In this document: piece by piece, positions 17,207 to 30,532 of the stretch | Layout: every line of letters begins with the position of its first letter | Numbering within the stretch: the stretch's first letter is position 1 | DNA from: Chloroflexota bacterium | GTDB taxonomy: Bacteria; Chloroflexota; Dehalococcoidia; Lucifugimonadales; UBA3495 | Direction: 5' to 3' | Assembly: GCA_009837355.1 (NCBI GenBank) | Contig: VXTR01000035.1 | Location: 49,531-113,530, forward strand | Length of the DNA stretch: 64,000 nucleotides | Position numbers and translations under genes: made by a program | Notes under the pieces: generated by a model | Told to the model about the DNA's origin: nothing | Database searches by the model: none | The model's input: the letters and a program-made list of their open reading frames with translations, nothing else

Positions 17207-17251
17207 GGCTAACCCGTCACGGATAGCGGGGCTGCGAGGTTATGCTGATGG

Positions 17252-17701
17252 TCAGGCTTGCTCAACCCAATCTGCGAATGGGGCGCCGCCGGTGTATTCG
17301 GCCGGGAGAAGCTGCCACAGGATTTCGAGGAGGGGTCGGACTTCTGTAAGGGCGAACTCGGTCAACCCGGCAGTCATGTACACTTCGTAGAAGTTGCCAT
17401 GTAACCTTTCTGCAGCCGTGAGGCCGCGCGCTATCTCAGTCATATGATCGGGCATTTCGTCAGACAACGCGGTGAGCGCTTCCTGAATGGCTACGTGGTC
17501 GTAGTGCTCCCAGCCGCGCAGGGTGGCGACGGCTTTGGTCAGTTGGGACACAGTGCCCCAGCCTTTTTCGCCGGCCTGGCACAAGTCGCCCTCGGCCAGG
17601 TGGGCGGGCCATTTTGACCAGTAATCCCGTGCCTGGCTGATGTGATTGCGGATGCGGGCGTCCCGGCGGGCCGGGGTTTCGCGTCTGATGCGAGGCGGCA
17701 T
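17252..17701 (-). CDS. PaREP1-like (HEPN-fold) protein
   Basis: GDLCQAGEKGWG, KAVATLRGW, AERLHGNFYE. Confidence 0.75.
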   Translation of the reverse strand: MPPRIRRETPARRDARIRNHISQARDYWSKWPAHLAEGDLCQAGEKGWGTVSQLTKAVATLRGWEHYDHVAIQEALTALSDEMPDHMTEIARGLTAAERLHGNFYEVYMTAGLTEFALTEVRPLLEILWQLLPAEYTGGAPFADWVEQA

Positions 17702-17718
17702 GGTGATAGCAGTATAAC

Positions 17719-19038
17719 CTACCAGCCGTGGTCGTACCGGTCCTGGAGTACGTTGAGGAGGCGGCTGACTGGGATGCGTTCCTGCGCCATGGTGTCGCGG
17801 TCGCGGATGGTTACGGCCTGGTCGTCCAGGGTGTCGAAGTCCACGGTTACGCAGTAGGGGGTGCCGATTTCGTCCTGGCGGCGGTAGCGGCGGCCGATGC
17901 TTTGCGCGTCGTCGAACTGGGCGCGGAAGCGGCGGCGCACCAGGTCATAGACGCCGCGGGCGGTGTCCGCCAGACGCTCGTTGCGGCTGAGGGGCAGCAC
18001 GGCGACGGTTACGGGAGCCAGGGCGCGGTGGAAGTGCAACACGGTGCGGGTGTCCTTACCGTCGGGTTCCTCGTCGTAGCTGTCCAGCCAGAAGGCGAGG
18101 GTGGCCCGGTCAACGCCGCCGGACGGCTCGATGACGTAGGGGGTGTAACGCTCGTGGACTTCGTCGTCGAAGTAGGACAAATCCTCGCCGCTGTACTGGG
18201 TGTGGCGTCCCAGGTCGAAGTCGGTGCGGTCGGCGATGCCTTCCAGCTCGCCCCAGCCCCAGGGGAAGCGGTACTCGATGTCGTAGGTTGCTTTGGCGTA
18301 GTGGGCCAGTTCGTCGCCGGCGTGTTCCCGCAGGCGCAGGTTCTCGGCGCGGATGCCGTAGCCGACGTACCAGTTGAAGCGGTCTTTGACCCATTGCTGC
18401 AGCCATTCTTCATCGGTGCCGGGCTTGACGAAGAACTCAATCTCCATCTGCTCGAACTCGCGGGTGCGGAAGGTGAAGTTGCCGGGGGTGATTTCGTTGC
18501 GGAAGGCTTTGCCGATTTGCGCGATGCCGAAAGGCAGCTTCTTGCGGGTGGCCGTCTGGACGTTCTGGAAGTTGACGAAGATGCCCTGGGCAGTTTCGGG
18601 GCGCAGGAAAACCTCGTTGCTGGAATCTTCGACCGGCCCCATGAAGGTGCGGAACATCAGGTTGAAGCGCCGGGGTTCGGTGAAGTCGCCGCCGCACTCC
18701 GGGCAGACGTCGGATTCCAGCTGGTCCTGGCGGAAGCGGCGGTGGCACTGGCGGCATTCCACGAGAGGGTCGCTGAAGTTCTCCACGTGGCCGCTGGCCT
18801 CCCAGACACGGGGGTGCATCAGGATGGCTGCGTCCAGGCCCACCACGTCGTCGCGCTCGGAGACGACGGAGCGCCACCAGGCTTCCTTGACGTTGCGCTT
18901 GAGTTCGACACCAAGAGGGCCGTAGTCCCAGGTTGACCCCAGCCCGCCGTACACTTCGCTGGACTGAAAGACGAAACCCCGTCGCTTGGACAGGGAAAGA
19001 ATTTTATCCATATCGGCGTAGGGGAGGGTGCGCGGCAT
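17719..19038 (-). CDS. glyQS: Glycine--tRNA ligase (alpha2 type)
   Basis: [49 protein letters not shown]. Confidence 0.97.
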   Translation of the reverse strand: MPRTLPYADMDKILSLSKRRGFVFQSSEVYGGLGSTWDYGPLGVELKRNVKEAWWRSVVSERDDVVGLDAAILMHPRVWEASGHVENFSDPLVECRQCHRRFRQDQLESDVCPECGGDFTEPRRFNLMFRTFMGPVEDSSNEVFLRPETAQGIFVNFQNVQTATRKKLPFGIAQIGKAFRNEITPGNFTFRTREFEQMEIEFFVKPGTDEEWLQQWVKDRFNWYVGYGIRAENLRLREHAGDELAHYAKATYDIEYRFPWGWGELEGIADRTDFDLGRHTQYSGEDLSYFDDEVHERYTPYVIEPSGGVDRATLAFWLDSYDEEPDGKDTRTVLHFHRALAPVTVAVLPLSRNERLADTARGVYDLVRRRFRAQFDDAQSIGRRYRRQDEIGTPYCVTVDFDTLDDQAVTIRDRDTMAQERIPVSRLLNVLQDRYDHGW

Positions 19039-19070
19039 AGGGTTTCCTCACTGGCATTTGGTGGAGGTTT

Positions 19071-21155
19071 TTATGGTAACACAGCGGAGGCGGTAACCTC
19101 GCCGGGCAGTTCACGACGCACGGCGTCGGCGAGGCTTTCGGCGGCCAGGTCGTCCAGCTTGATATAGCGGGCGGACATGGCGTCGGCGATGGGCTGAGAG
19201 AGTTGCAGTTTGATGAAGTCCTGTTCGGTGTCCACAACAACGGCGGGAATCTTGGCTTCGGCAATCATCCGCGCCAAGTCTTGCACTTCGCCGTCGGAGG
19301 ACGCAATCTGCATGGACTGTTCCCCGGCCAGGGTTACGTTGGCCCGTCCGTCGGAGAGCAGCACCAGCAGCGGCAGCACGTCCCGGTCTTTCAGCCGCTC
19401 GGTCTCCAGGGTTTCCATAGCGAGGTAGAGGGCGCGAGCCAGTGGGGTGCGTCCGCCGGTGGGCATTTCCTGCAAACACCATTGGGCCATTTCGACGCTG
19501 CCGGTTGGGGGCAGCAGTAGTTCGGCGCCGGTTCCCCGAAAGGCAATGAGGCCAACCCGGTCCCGTCGCTGGTAGGCGTCGAGGAGCAGGGACATTACGG
19601 CGCCCTTGACGGCAACCATCCGACGCTGGGCGCCCATGGAGCCGCTGGCGTCCACGACGAACAGAATCAGCGAGCCGGTATGCGTCTCGCGGACTTTCTC
19701 GCGGACATCCCACGGCTCGATGAGCAGGGCGGCGGCCTGCGTGTCCGGGCCCGGGCCGGAGTTGATGCGGCGGGTCTGTTGATGGGGCGCGGCGGCGCGC
19801 AGGGTGGCGTCGAGGGCCAGGTCGGCGGCCGGGCCGTTGGGAACGCGGGCGGCGACGTAGTGCCCGGCCGAGGTGCCGCTGACGGTGGTGGCGCGGCGGC
19901 CCGAGGCGCGACGGGCGCGCCGGTCGGGGGGCTGGACCTGCAGGTTCTGGACGGCGTATGGGTCGCCGATTTCGAACCATTCGTCGCCCAGGCCGGCGTC
20001 GGCGACAGGGTCGTCGGTTTCGGGTTCGGGCGGTTCCGGGTCTCTATCGCTATCGGCGTCGCCGGGGTCGTCGTTCAGCGAGTTGTCGGCGTCGGCCGGC
20101 TCGCGGTTGCGGGGCTGGTTCTGGAATTCTTCCAGCATCTGGTCAAGCTGCTCGGTAACCAGGTGGGGCTGCTGGAAGGGCTGGCGTCGTTGGCGGTGCA
20201 GCAGGGCCATCAGCGCCGCTTCGCGCACGTCGTCAACGTCCACGACGGTGCGGCCTTCGTAGGCTGCGATGGTGCTGGCGGTTTTGTACATCACGATGTC
20301 GCCGCGCAGCCCGTCAACCTGATACTCGGCGCAGATGTCGGTGATCAGTTCCAGAATGTCATCAGGAACCACCACGTCGGCCAGGCGTCGCTGGCTGTCC
20401 AGCAACCGCTTGCGTTCTTCTTGTTCCGCATCCGCCCAAGCGTCCATAAAGGCGAAGGGTTGGGACTCGAAGGCCATCCGGCGGCGGACCACTTCTCGGC
20501 GCTCGGCCGGCTCGAAAACGCCGTCCACTTCCACGGCCAGGCCAAAGCGGTCAAGGAGTTGGGGACGCAGGTCGCCCTCTTCCGGGTTCATGGTGCCGAC
20601 GAGCATAAACTCGGCGTCGTGGCTGATGGAGATGCCTTCGCGCTCCACGTAATTGCGGCCCATGGCGGCGGCGTCCAGCAGCACGTCAACCAGGTGGTCG
20701 TTGAGCAGGTTGACCTCGTCGATGTACAGGATGCCCCGGTGGGCGGCGGCAATCAGCCCCGGCTCGAAGTTCTTTTCGCCGGACTTGATGGCCTGTTCGA
20801 TGTCGAGAGAGCCAACCAGCCGGTCCTCGGTGGCGCCGACGGGCAGGTCAACGATGCGAACCTGGCGGGCAGACGGACTGCCGGCAGGTCCCGCGTGGTG
20901 GCACCGCTGGCAGACTTCCTGGGGCGCTCCCGGCTGGCAACTGTAGAGACAACCGGGAACCACTGGAACCTGGGGCAGCAGCGCCGCCAGCGAGCGGACG
21001 GCAGTGCTCTTGGCCGTACCCTTCTTGCCGCGCACCAGCACGCCGCCGATGCGCGGGTTGATGGCGTTCAGCAGCAGCGCCCGTTTCATCGGCGTCTGGC
21101 CGACGATGGCGGTGAAGGGGAAACGCGGTTCGCGTCCGGCGGCGGGTTGGGTCAT
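19071..21155 (-). CDS. Chelatase AAA+/vWA subunit (ChlI/ChlD fusion type), probable cobaltochelatase ATPase partner of CobN
   Basis: FPFTAIVGQ, GKKGTAKST, YIDEVN, LLDRFG, DASGSM MIDAS motif; in the cobN operon; alternative start GTG 21167. Confidence 0.88.
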   Translation of the reverse strand: MTQPAAGREPRFPFTAIVGQTPMKRALLLNAINPRIGGVLVRGKKGTAKSTAVRSLAALLPQVPVVPGCLYSCQPGAPQEVCQRCHHAGPAGSPSARQVRIVDLPVGATEDRLVGSLDIEQAIKSGEKNFEPGLIAAAHRGILYIDEVNLLNDHLVDVLLDAAAMGRNYVEREGISISHDAEFMLVGTMNPEEGDLRPQLLDRFGLAVEVDGVFEPAERREVVRRRMAFESQPFAFMDAWADAEQEERKRLLDSQRRLADVVVPDDILELITDICAEYQVDGLRGDIVMYKTASTIAAYEGRTVVDVDDVREAALMALLHRQRRQPFQQPHLVTEQLDQMLEEFQNQPRNREPADADNSLNDDPGDADSDRDPEPPEPETDDPVADAGLGDEWFEIGDPYAVQNLQVQPPDRRARRASGRRATTVSGTSAGHYVAARVPNGPAADLALDATLRAAAPHQQTRRINSGPGPDTQAAALLIEPWDVREKVRETHTGSLILFVVDASGSMGAQRRMVAVKGAVMSLLLDAYQRRDRVGLIAFRGTGAELLLPPTGSVEMAQWCLQEMPTGGRTPLARALYLAMETLETERLKDRDVLPLLVLLSDGRANVTLAGEQSMQIASSDGEVQDLARMIAEAKIPAVVVDTEQDFIKLQLSQPIADAMSARYIKLDDLAAESLADAVRRELPGEVTASAVLP

Positions 21156-21167
21156 GGCGCGTTGCAC

Positions 21168-21956
21168 TCAGGCGGCGACAGCTGGCGTTTGCGGATAGGC
21201 GTGGATGTCCCGCTCGCGGTAGATTTTGTAACCCACGGTGGCGAAGGCAATGCCCATCCACAGCAGGAAATGACCGCCGGCCGTGAAGGTACGGAACATG
21301 ATGGTCAGTTCCGCGGGCAGCCAGTCAGGCGCGGCATCGCGGACGCTGGGAACGGCGAAGGCCAGCAGCAGGGCAACGACGGCGTAGGCGATGCCGATTC
21401 CGGCGTAAGGCAACCAGCGGGCGCCGCCGGCCTTGGTACGGTTGACCAGCCCGGCCCCGTAAATCACCAGCGCGACGGATATGGTGGACACGGCGATGAA
21501 CAGGAACTGGAAGCCCTGGCGGGCCAATAGCGTGTCCTCGTCGCCGATTCCCGGCGGGTTGAGGGGGAACTTGATCTGGGTGTACAGGGACACGCCCCAG
21601 AAGCCCAGCAGCCCGGCGACGGCGGCCCAGGCCCAGGGACTCCATCCGGGCGCGGCGTTGCGCATCAGGTGGTACAGGCCGGTGAACACGGCGGCGTAAA
21701 GGATGCCGATGACGGCCAAGCCGACGCTCATGCCGATTCGCTGACCACCCAGGGAGACCAGGAAGGACAGAGGCAAGGGGTCTTCTTCCTCGGCAGAAGC
21801 CAGTTCCTCGGCGCAACCGGCACGGTCAATGTCGCAGCCTTCGAGGGCGATGGCCCACTCCATGACGGGGACGTTGAAGATGTTCATGTAGGCTGCGACG
21901 AGCAGGCCGAATATCAGCCCCATTACCAGGGCCGTAGGGAGAATGCGAGTCATCAT
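21168..21956 (-). CDS. cbtA: CbtA family cobalt transporter subunit
   Basis: AIALE, KFPLNPPGIG, TLLARQ, five TM segments; GGAGG before ATGATG (start 21956 or 21953). Confidence 0.85.
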   Translation of the reverse strand: MMTRILPTALVMGLIFGLLVAAYMNIFNVPVMEWAIALEGCDIDRAGCAEELASAEEEDPLPLSFLVSLGGQRIGMSVGLAVIGILYAAVFTGLYHLMRNAAPGWSPWAWAAVAGLLGFWGVSLYTQIKFPLNPPGIGDEDTLLARQGFQFLFIAVSTISVALVIYGAGLVNRTKAGGARWLPYAGIGIAYAVVALLLAFAVPSVRDAAPDWLPAELTIMFRTFTAGGHFLLWMGIAFATVGYKIYRERDIHAYPQTPAVAA

Positions 21957-22101
21957 TGACCTCCGATGATCCACTGACTGAACAGGTTTGTCGACCCGCG
22001 GCAAGTACCGGGTTGGAAATCGCTAAACCATTCAGGCAGTTTCACAGCGCACTCCTCCCGACGCTCCGGGGAGCGTCCGCGCGGCGAAACTTACCGTTCT
22101 T

Positions 22102-22124
22102 GATTCCGGCGAAAGCCGGAATGA
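22102..22124. repeat. REP-like palindrome
   Basis: ATTCCGGC-GAAA-GCCGGAAT hairpin; related copy at 48607. Confidence 0.65.
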
Positions 22125-22174
22125 TGGGTATAGGAACGGCCCGGCAGGTTGTCAGCGCCGGGCCAGTGCAGCGC

Positions 22175-22375
22175 CTAGTGGCACATAAAGGCGACGTGGC
22201 GGGCGTGGTGGAAGAACTCGTGAACGGTGTTCAGGATGGCCGGAGAGCCGGCGGCGGCGGCGTGAACTCCGCCGTCAACGTAGCCCACCAGGTACAAGCC
22301 GATGGCGGCGAGAACCAGCCAGGGCGCCCAGGCTGCGGTGTTGGTCGTGGAAAGGAAACGGTTGACGATACCCAT
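22175..22375 (-). CDS. cbtB: CbtB family cobalt transporter subunit
   Basis: One TM segment plus HEFFHHARHVAFMCH His-rich tail; AAGGAG RBS. Confidence 0.85.
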   Translation of the reverse strand: MGIVNRFLSTTNTAAWAPWLVLAAIGLYLVGYVDGGVHAAAAGSPAILNTVHEFFHHARHVAFMCH

Positions 22376-22490
22376 TTTTCACTCCTTTTGTGGTGATACA
22401 CGCTTTGCGTAGTATCAATAGCAGGCATTGTAGTACCTTGCTTCAGGTTACACAATACCGGCAGGCGGACAATATCGGCGGATACGCCGA

Positions 22491-22901
22491 TTATCGTTCC
22501 ACAAAAATCAGGTCGTCCTCCTTGCCGACCCAGCGGTCGCGGGCTTCCTCAAAAGCGCGCAGTTTTTCGGGCTGGAACTCGGTGCGCTTTTCGTCGTCGT
22601 CCAGGTGTGGATTGGGGAAATAGCAGCGCACCAGGGTTTCGTCCCAGTTGCGGGAGAACCTCACGTAGTAGGATTTCAGGTCGCCGTGGCTGGTGGCTTC
22701 CACGAACTGGATGCCGTCAATCTGCTCCAGTTGCAGGTGAAAGTGCCAGTTGTCGGCTTCAATGGTGGCCCAGCCGTTATGCACTTCCGGTTCCCTGATG
22801 CCGTGGGCGTGATTTTCGCTGACCACGGAACCTCCGCCAACGACCCACATCATCGTGGGGTTGCCGGTCAGTTCCTTGAGCAGGTCCAGTGTGTGTTCCA
22901 T
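22491..22901 (-). CDS. ChuX/HutX/HemS-like tetrapyrrole-binding protein
   Basis: VVSE..GWATIE..WHFHL..IQFVE..SYYVRF pattern; AGGAGG RBS; 136 aa. Confidence 0.65.
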   Translation of the reverse strand: MEHTLDLLKELTGNPTMMWVVGGGSVVSENHAHGIREPEVHNGWATIEADNWHFHLQLEQIDGIQFVEATSHGDLKSYYVRFSRNWDETLVRCYFPNPHLDDDEKRTEFQPEKLRAFEEARDRWVGKEDDLIFVER

Positions 22902-22917
22902 CGTAGTCTCCTCCTGC

Positions 22918-26841
<3,924 letters not shown>

Positions 26842-26848
26842 GATGCGG

Positions 26849-27547
26849 TCAGTCGTGCTCACCGGCGGGACGGGGGAATACCATGATGGACAGGTCGCTG
26901 AACTCGTCGGGCAGTTCGGCGCACTGGGCCAGGGTGCCGTCCCAACGCTGTTCGTCGGGGAGGGACAGTCGTTGGAACACGGTAACGGGATGGGCCGGGT
27001 CAGCCCCGTCGGCGATGGCGTTGGCGGCGATGGCCGGCGGCATAAAGTCGAAGGGACGGGGCAGCAGGATGACGTTGCGCCGGCCCCGTTCCAGCAACTC
27101 AATCAGCTCGCCCAGTTCCGAGCCTCGATCCCACCGCTGGTGCAGGGTGATGAAGGTTGACTCTTCCAGCGAGATGACGGCACGGGCGCAGGCAATCTGG
27201 ATGCTGCTGACGCCGGGTACTAACTCCACCGTTTCGGCGCGGCGGCGAACGCGGTTGAGCAGCTCCTTGGCAGATACGTTGAGGTCGCCCCAGACGCAGA
27301 CGACGCAGGCCTTGCCCTGCTGCGCCTGCTCCTGGGCGTAGTCCAGCACGGCTTCCTGGTCGCGGTAGGCCATGGGGCGTACTTCGGCGTCGCCGGTGTG
27401 GGCCGATACCACGTCCAGCACGGTTTTGAAGCCCACCACCAGGTCGGCGTCGGCCAGGGCCTGGCGTCCCTTGATGGTCAGGAACTCGGGGTCACCGGGA
27501 CCGACGGCCACGACGGTCATTTTGATTCCGCTGTTAGAGGTAGTCAT
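26849..27547 (-). CDS. cbiE: Tetrapyrrole methyltransferase, CbiE-like
   Basis: AVGPGDPEFLT, PGVSSIQIACAR, QRLSLPDE, FSDLSI; first gene after the B12 riboswitch. Confidence 0.7.
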   Translation of the reverse strand: MTTSNSGIKMTVVAVGPGDPEFLTIKGRQALADADLVVGFKTVLDVVSAHTGDAEVRPMAYRDQEAVLDYAQEQAQQGKACVVCVWGDLNVSAKELLNRVRRRAETVELVPGVSSIQIACARAVISLEESTFITLHQRWDRGSELGELIELLERGRRNVILLPRPFDFMPPAIAANAIADGADPAHPVTVFQRLSLPDEQRWDGTLAQCAELPDEFSDLSIMVFPRPAGEHD

Positions 27548-27570
27548 TTGTTAGTTCAGCAAAGGCTCGT

Positions 27571-27609
27571 GAAAATGAAAAACCCTGGCTTTGCGGTCTG
27601 CCAGGGTTT
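27571..27609 (-). terminator. Riboswitch expression-platform terminator
   Basis: AAACCCTGGC...GCCAGGGTTTTTCATTTTC on the minus strand. Confidence 0.75.
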
Positions 27610-27678
27610 GAACTATCCGCTATTGCGGAAGGCACAAGGAACGACCCTGTTGGGCGCAGAGAAAGGTTCCAATAGGAA

Positions 27679-27810
27679 CGCCGGGCAGGTTTCCTGGCTT
27701 GCGAGCCCGGCCGGCCGATAGCCGGCATCTCGCTTACAGTGGCGCAACCGCGGCGGATTTGCACCGCCTTCCCCAATTAAGCCGAAATGGGTGTTGGCGC
27801 CCGGTGTCCA
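27679..27810 (-). ncRNA. Cobalamin riboswitch
   Basis: Minus strand: GGGAAggcGGTGcAAATCCGccGCGGT.GCGCCACTGTAA...AAGCCAGGAAACCTGCC; upstream of cob genes. Confidence 0.92.
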
Positions 27811-27845
27811 AAGTTCAAGTGTTAATCGGCGCAGATGCCGCCAAC

Positions 27846-27874
27846 AATGTAGCCCTATCGTGTGCGGTTGTCAA
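27846..27874 (-). promoter_or_regulatory. sigma70 promoter of the cobalamin operon
   Basis: TTGACA (27874-27869), 17 bp, TACATT (27851-27846). Confidence 0.7.
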
Positions 27875-27938
27875 CGTGGGCGCGGCACGGCGCGGTGATA
27901 CACTGCTAATAGCGCTTCTGGCGCTGGGAGATAATTTG

Positions 27939-29786
27939 ATGCTGGCCATAAAGATTCTGGGGGCGATAGCCGCCGTCGTTGTCGTTGCCGTCGTGGCCGT
28001 GGGACTGGCGATGTACTTCCGGGTGGTTCCGATACCGGGGCCGATTCTGGCGCTGCTGGTGGGCGCGAAACCGCCGGAATACTCGGCGCGCTACTATCCG
28101 CCGGATACGCTGTCCTACGCCTGGGTTACCCTGGTACCGGTGGATGAGCAGTTAAACGACATGCAGGACATCTGGGAACGGTTCAATGAATATCCCGCTT
28201 TCACTGTCCTCATTGAGGAGCTGCAGGAAGACTTTGAAGACGAAACCGGCATCGATTTTGAGGACGAGGTACAAGCTTGGATCGGCCCGGAAATAGGCGC
28301 TGCCGTCATTCGATTAGACGTGCCAGGCGGAAGTCTCATGTCAATTGAGGACGGCGACGATATTGGGGAGGCTATAACCGCCGCGGTTACGGTGGGCGTA
28401 CGCGACCAGGACGCCGCTGCCGACTTCCTGGTGAAGTGGCTGCGGTATATGTCCATTGAAAGTGATGCGGATTTTGCCGATGGCTCTTATCGAGGCTTCG
28501 ATACGTGGGTTGACGAAAGCGCGTACCAAGCCTACGCCCTGGCCGGCGACTGGCTGGTGTACGCCACCGACGAGAAAACCCTGCACGACATCCTGAAGCG
28601 CATCGACGGCGACGACTCCGACTCGCTGGCCGAGCAGGACAACTTCCTGGCGGCGCAAACGGCCCTGCCGGAACGTCGCTTCTCCTCGGCCTATTTGGAC
28701 TATGAGCAGGCTTTGGAGTTGGCGGAAGAATTCACCCTGGGCCTCAGCCCATTGACGCCGGGAATGCCCGGCCCGACCGCATTCGCCAACCAGGCGCCGG
28801 CGTGGGTGGCCGGTTCAACAACGTGGGTTGAGCGCGGCATCGTTACCGAAACGGTTTCGCCGACCACTGCCGGGTTCGGGCTGGAGCCGGGAGAACTGCA
28901 GGAGCCGGCCGACCTGCTGCCTGATGATACCCTGGGCTTCATCGCCGGAGCCTTTGACCCAAACGTTGACCACTGGCGGGTCGCCCTGGCCGAGTACCGG
29001 CTGGCGGACGCACTGCCCTGGCCGGAACTGATCGATGAAATCAACGCCGGCCTGGCCGAAGCGGCGCCGGACCGCCACATTGCGCTGGGCGACGACGCGA
29101 CGCTGGCGGACGCCCTGGACGCCGGCCTGGAGGCGGTGGCAGAAATCACCGGCATTGACTTGGAGGGAGATTTCTTCGACCATCTGGCCGGCGAGTCAAT
29201 ACTGGCGGTGCGCGAGTTTGACTTTGACGCCGTGGAGGACGACCCGGCAGCCAACGCGGTCGAGGCCGTGATGATGTTGTCCTACGAGGAAGTTGGCAAA
29301 GACGACCTGTCCGATACCATGAGCGAAGTCGCCGACCTGCTGGAGGAGTACGTCGGCCTGGTCGCCGACCGGGTTGACGTCGGCGCGGATGATGACGCCG
29401 TGGTGTTCGAACTGGGCCTGTTGGGAATGATGATGACGGATTCGTTTGGCTACCGGCCCGGCTACGTGCTGCATGACCAGTACCTGACCATAGGCACCAC
29501 GGAGCAAGCCCTGGAGACTATCGTGGGGATCCAAAACGGCCGGGGAGCGAGCCTGTCGTCCGATGCCGAGTACCGACGGGCGGTGAGCCATCTCGCCGGC
29601 GGACGGCAGTTGCTGGGCTACGTTGACGCACACGGCATCATCGCGCAGCTGGACGCCGACGAGCTGGGCCTGGAACCGGGCGATTATCGCCTCTTGCAGG
29701 AGGGAATCGGTGTAGTGGGTTTCGGCGTCGCCAGCGGGGACGAGTACGACCGGGGCGTCGCGGTGCTGACGCTGTTCCCGGAGTAA
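27939..29786 (+). CDS. Membrane-anchored acidic protein, DUF3352-like
   Basis: N-terminal TM anchor, ARYYPPDT, IDFEDEVQAWIGPE, internal two-fold repeat; GGGAG RBS. Confidence 0.7.
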   Translation: MLAIKILGAIAAVVVVAVVAVGLAMYFRVVPIPGPILALLVGAKPPEYSARYYPPDTLSYAWVTLVPVDEQLNDMQDIWERFNEYPAFTVLIEELQEDFEDETGIDFEDEVQAWIGPEIGAAVIRLDVPGGSLMSIEDGDDIGEAITAAVTVGVRDQDAAADFLVKWLRYMSIESDADFADGSYRGFDTWVDESAYQAYALAGDWLVYATDEKTLHDILKRIDGDDSDSLAEQDNFLAAQTALPERRFSSAYLDYEQALELAEEFTLGLSPLTPGMPGPTAFANQAPAWVAGSTTWVERGIVTETVSPTTAGFGLEPGELQEPADLLPDDTLGFIAGAFDPNVDHWRVALAEYRLADALPWPELIDEINAGLAEAAPDRHIALGDDATLADALDAGLEAVAEITGIDLEGDFFDHLAGESILAVREFDFDAVEDDPAANAVEAVMMLSYEEVGKDDLSDTMSEVADLLEEYVGLVADRVDVGADDDAVVFELGLLGMMMTDSFGYRPGYVLHDQYLTIGTTEQALETIVGIQNGRGASLSSDAEYRRAVSHLAGGRQLLGYVDAHGIIAQLDADELGLEPGDYRLLQEGIGVVGFGVASGDEYDRGVAVLTLFPE

Positions 29787-29842
29787 CATTCTCCCCGGTG
29801 CTATAATCACGCATCGGTTGTAGAGGCAAGGGAGAGCATACG

Positions 29843-30208
29843 ATGGGCGTGACCTATGCCAGAGGCAGCATATCCGGGCGAGGTGAAACGCGGGAGTTCG
29901 ACTTCCTGGTGGATACCGGCGCAACTTGGGTAGGCATTCCACAGGCCGACATTGACGCTTTGGGATTGGACACCGTTCCCAACGCCAGCGCCGCCCTGAT
30001 GACGGCTGACGGCTCCGTCAGCCACACACCGATTTACATTGCCGTCGGTATGTTGGAGGGCGCCGGTTTCGTCAACGGGGCCGTGCCGGCAGCGGTTCCC
30101 CTGGTGGGATACAAGCTACTGCAGGACCTGGGGTTCAAGGTTGACCTTGTCAACGAGCGAATCGAGAAGCGCCCGGACGACGAGATAGGGCCGCCGTTCC
30201 TGCTGTAA
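29843..30208 (+). CDS. Clan AA (retropepsin-like) aspartic protease
   Basis: FLVDTGAT and PLVG..LLQDLGFKVD. Confidence 0.85.
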   Translation: MGVTYARGSISGRGETREFDFLVDTGATWVGIPQADIDALGLDTVPNASAALMTADGSVSHTPIYIAVGMLEGAGFVNGAVPAAVPLVGYKLLQDLGFKVDLVNERIEKRPDDEIGPPFLL

Positions 30209-30478
30209 CTACCCGCCGCCGATGGCGGGGAGGAAGTGCATCTCGCTGTCCTCGCTGACGCGCTCCATCAAGCCCAGCTGGCTCACGTCGCCATCCACGA
30301 TGACGGCCAGGCCGGGGGTTATGTCGTCCAACTCCTCGTCGTAGAGGAGTTCCTTCATGCCGGGGTGCATCCGCTCCAGGTTGTTGATGACCTGGCGAAC
30401 GGTGGCCCCTTCCACCTGCACGCGGTCGGGCGCGCCGGTGATGCGCTGCATCTGGGCGGGTATCCAAACGTCGGGCAT
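30209..30478 (-). CDS. MoaD/ThiS family sulfur carrier
   Basis: VEGATVRQVI, C-terminal PAIGGG. Confidence 0.9.
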   Translation of the reverse strand: MPDVWIPAQMQRITGAPDRVQVEGATVRQVINNLERMHPGMKELLYDEELDDITPGLAVIVDGDVSQLGLMERVSEDSEMHFLPAIGGG

Positions 30479-30497
30479 TTTGGCACCTATTATTGCA

Positions 30498-30525
30498 GTA
30501 GGGGCGAAGAATTCTTCGCCCCTAC
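30498..30525. repeat. Perfect 28-bp GTAG-type REP palindrome
   Basis: GTAGGGGCGAAGAATTCTTCGCCCCTAC is its own reverse complement. Confidence 0.8.
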
Positions 30526-30532
30526 CCATCTG

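Noticed and set aside
19071-21155. Magnesium chelatase implying phototrophy
   Set aside because: Context is cobN, cbtAB and a B12 riboswitch; no bch or chl genes
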